The position numbers and the translations under genes were made by a program. Shown one piece after another: positions 62,701 through 64,000 of a DNA stretch of 64,000 nt. Numbering within the stretch: the stretch's first letter is position 1; each line of letters starts with the position of its first letter. The notes under the pieces were generated by a model. It made no database searches, was not told the DNA's origin, and worked only from the letters and a program-made list of their open reading frames with translations. This stretch comes from Eledone cirrhosa. Lineage: Eukaryota. The stretch lies in contig OZ024744.1 in NCBI GenBank assembly GCA_964016885.1, forward strand, positions 101,618,001-101,682,000, read 5' to 3'.

Positions 62701-64000
62701 TTTGTTTATTGTTGGTTTGTTTATTGTTGGCTTTGTTTATTGTTGGTTTGTTTATTGTTGGCTTTTTTATTGTTGGTTTGTTTATTGTTGGCTTTGTTTA
62801 TTGTTGGTTTGTTTATTATTGGGTTTGTTTATCGTTGGTTTCTTTATTGTTGGCTTTGTTTATTGATGGTTTGTTTATTGTTGGCTTTGTTTATTGTTGG
62901 TTTGTTTATTGGTGGCTTTGTTTATTGTTGGTTTGTTTATTGTTGGCTTTGTTTATTGTTGGGTTTTTTATTGCAGGCTTTGTTTAATGTTGGTTTGTTT
63001 TATTGTTGACTTTGTTTATTTTTGGTTCCTTTATTGTTGGCTTTGTTTATTGTTGGTTTGTTTATTGTTGGCTTTGTTTATTGTTGGTTTGTTTATTGTT
63101 GGCTTTTTTTATTGTTGGTTTGTTTATTGTTGGCTTTGTTTATTGTTGGTTTGTTTATAGGTGGATTTGTTTATTGTTGGTTTGCTTATTGGTGGCTTTG
63201 TTTATTGTTGGTTTGTTTATTGTTGGATTTGTTAATTGTTGGTATATTTATTATTGGCTTTAATTATTGTTGGTTTGTTTATTGTTGGTTTGTTTATTGT
63301 TGGCTTTGTTTATTCTTGGTTTGTTTATTGCTGGCTTTGTTTAATTTTAGTTTGTTTACTGTTGGCTTTGTTTATTTTTTGTTTGTTTATTGTTGGCTTT
63401 GTTTATTGTTGGTTTGTTTATTGTTGGTTTGTTTATTGTTGGCTTTGTTTATTGTTGGTTTGTTTATTGTTCGCTTTCTTTATTGTTGGTTTGTTTATTA
63501 TTGGCTTTGTTTATTGTTGGTTTGATTATTGTTGGCTTTGTTTATTGTTGGTTTGTTCATTGTTGGCTTTGTTTATTGCTGGTTTGTTTATTGGTGGCTT
63601 TGTTTATTGTTGGTTTGTTTATTGTTGGCTTTGTTTATTGTTGGCTTTGTTTATTGTTGGTTTGTTTATTATTGGCTTTGTTTATTGTTGTTCTGCTTAT
63701 TTGTGGCTTTGTTTATTGTTGGTTTGTTTATTGTTAGCTTTGTTTATTGTTGGTTTGTTTATTATTGGCTTTAATTATTGTTGGTTTGTCTATTGTTGGC
63801 TTTGTTTATTGTTGGTTTCTTTATTGTTGGCTTTGTTTATTGTTGGTTTGTTTATTGTTGGCTTTGTTTATTGTGGGTTTGTTTATTGTTGGCTTTTTTT
63901 ATTGTTGGTTTGTTATTGTTGGCTTTGTTTATTGTTCGTTTGTTTATTGTTGGTTTGTTTATTGTTGGCTTTGTTTATTGTTGGTTTGTTTATTGTTGGC
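50790..64000 (+). repeat. Cassette-free SatA domain with irregular 1.3-2.3 kb superstructure
   Basis: No SatB or SatC seen. Marker ATATACTGG recurs at 53191, 54812, 57098, 58908, 60232 and 61746. Confidence 0.9.

Larger units (their letters stand above)
1..64000 (+). repeat. Composite satellite array: SatA (15/16-bp TTTGTTTATTGTTGG[C]) interrupted by 21 SatB+SatC cassettes; runs off both ends of the window
   Basis: Monomer is readable throughout, with perfect 15-mer runs at ~870-1035 and 15+16=31-bp dimers elsewhere. No inversion and no unique sequence seen. The 15-mer is 10 T, 4 G, 1 A on the + strand. Confidence 0.98.

Noticed and set aside
19-63774. Hundreds of + strand ORFs encoding hydrophobic LFIVG/CLLLV/FVYCW repeats, the longest 776 aa at 55309-57639
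   Set aside because: Consensus SatA has no stop in any + frame. The 16-mers rotate the three motifs through every frame, ORFs overlap in all frames, and most start at TTG. There is no frame preservation, so these are not membrane-protein genes.
1-64000. Resemblance to U-rich pan-edited kinetoplastid mRNA or T-rich mitochondrial genes
   Set aside because: The sequence is strictly periodic at 15/16 bp over 64 kb, with no recognisable respiratory-chain protein motif.
1-64000. Pure sequencing or assembly artefact
   Set aside because: Copies carry consistent, hierarchically shared variants and subtype-specific alleles, which fits real evolution. Exact copy numbers and T-run lengths (e.g. 7430 vs 7429) could still be errors.
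1-64000. rRNA, tRNA or structured ncRNA; large hairpins
   Set aside because: The + strand of SatA is almost only T and G and the array has no inversion. Only 6-12 bp dyads exist (CTATAG, ACTATAGT, TCTTATAAGA).

Overview
The whole 64 kb is one head-to-tail, strand-asymmetric composite satellite array, most likely eukaryotic heterochromatin. I cannot assign an organism, and I see no credible gene, RNA gene, CRISPR array or transposase. Three repeats build it. SatA is a 15/16-bp TTTGTTTATTGTTGG(C) and makes up about 85% of the window. SatB is a 26-bp AGTCTAATACTTTAC(A/T)GTCTATAGTT. SatC is a 22/25-bp GGTCTTATGAGAAGCTAAATAT(TAT). SatB and SatC occur only fused, as a fixed-length cassette that interrupts SatA 21 times in the same orientation and phase. 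There are three domains. From 1 to about 22 kb, 13 short 170-bp cassettes (about 6 SatB units plus one SatC unit) sit in an a-b-c-d higher-order repeat (HOR). From about 22 to 50.8 kb, 8 long 950-bp cassettes (about 6 SatB units plus about 800 bp of SatC) fall into three subtypes with a 7.43-kb HOR. From 50.8 to 64 kb the array is cassette-free SatA. All ORFs in the track are artefacts of a repeat with no stop codon on the + strand. Functional ideas below (one-way transcribable array, SOX/FOX sites, splice-like signals, centromeric or telomeric role) are hypotheses. Coordinates were counted by eye.
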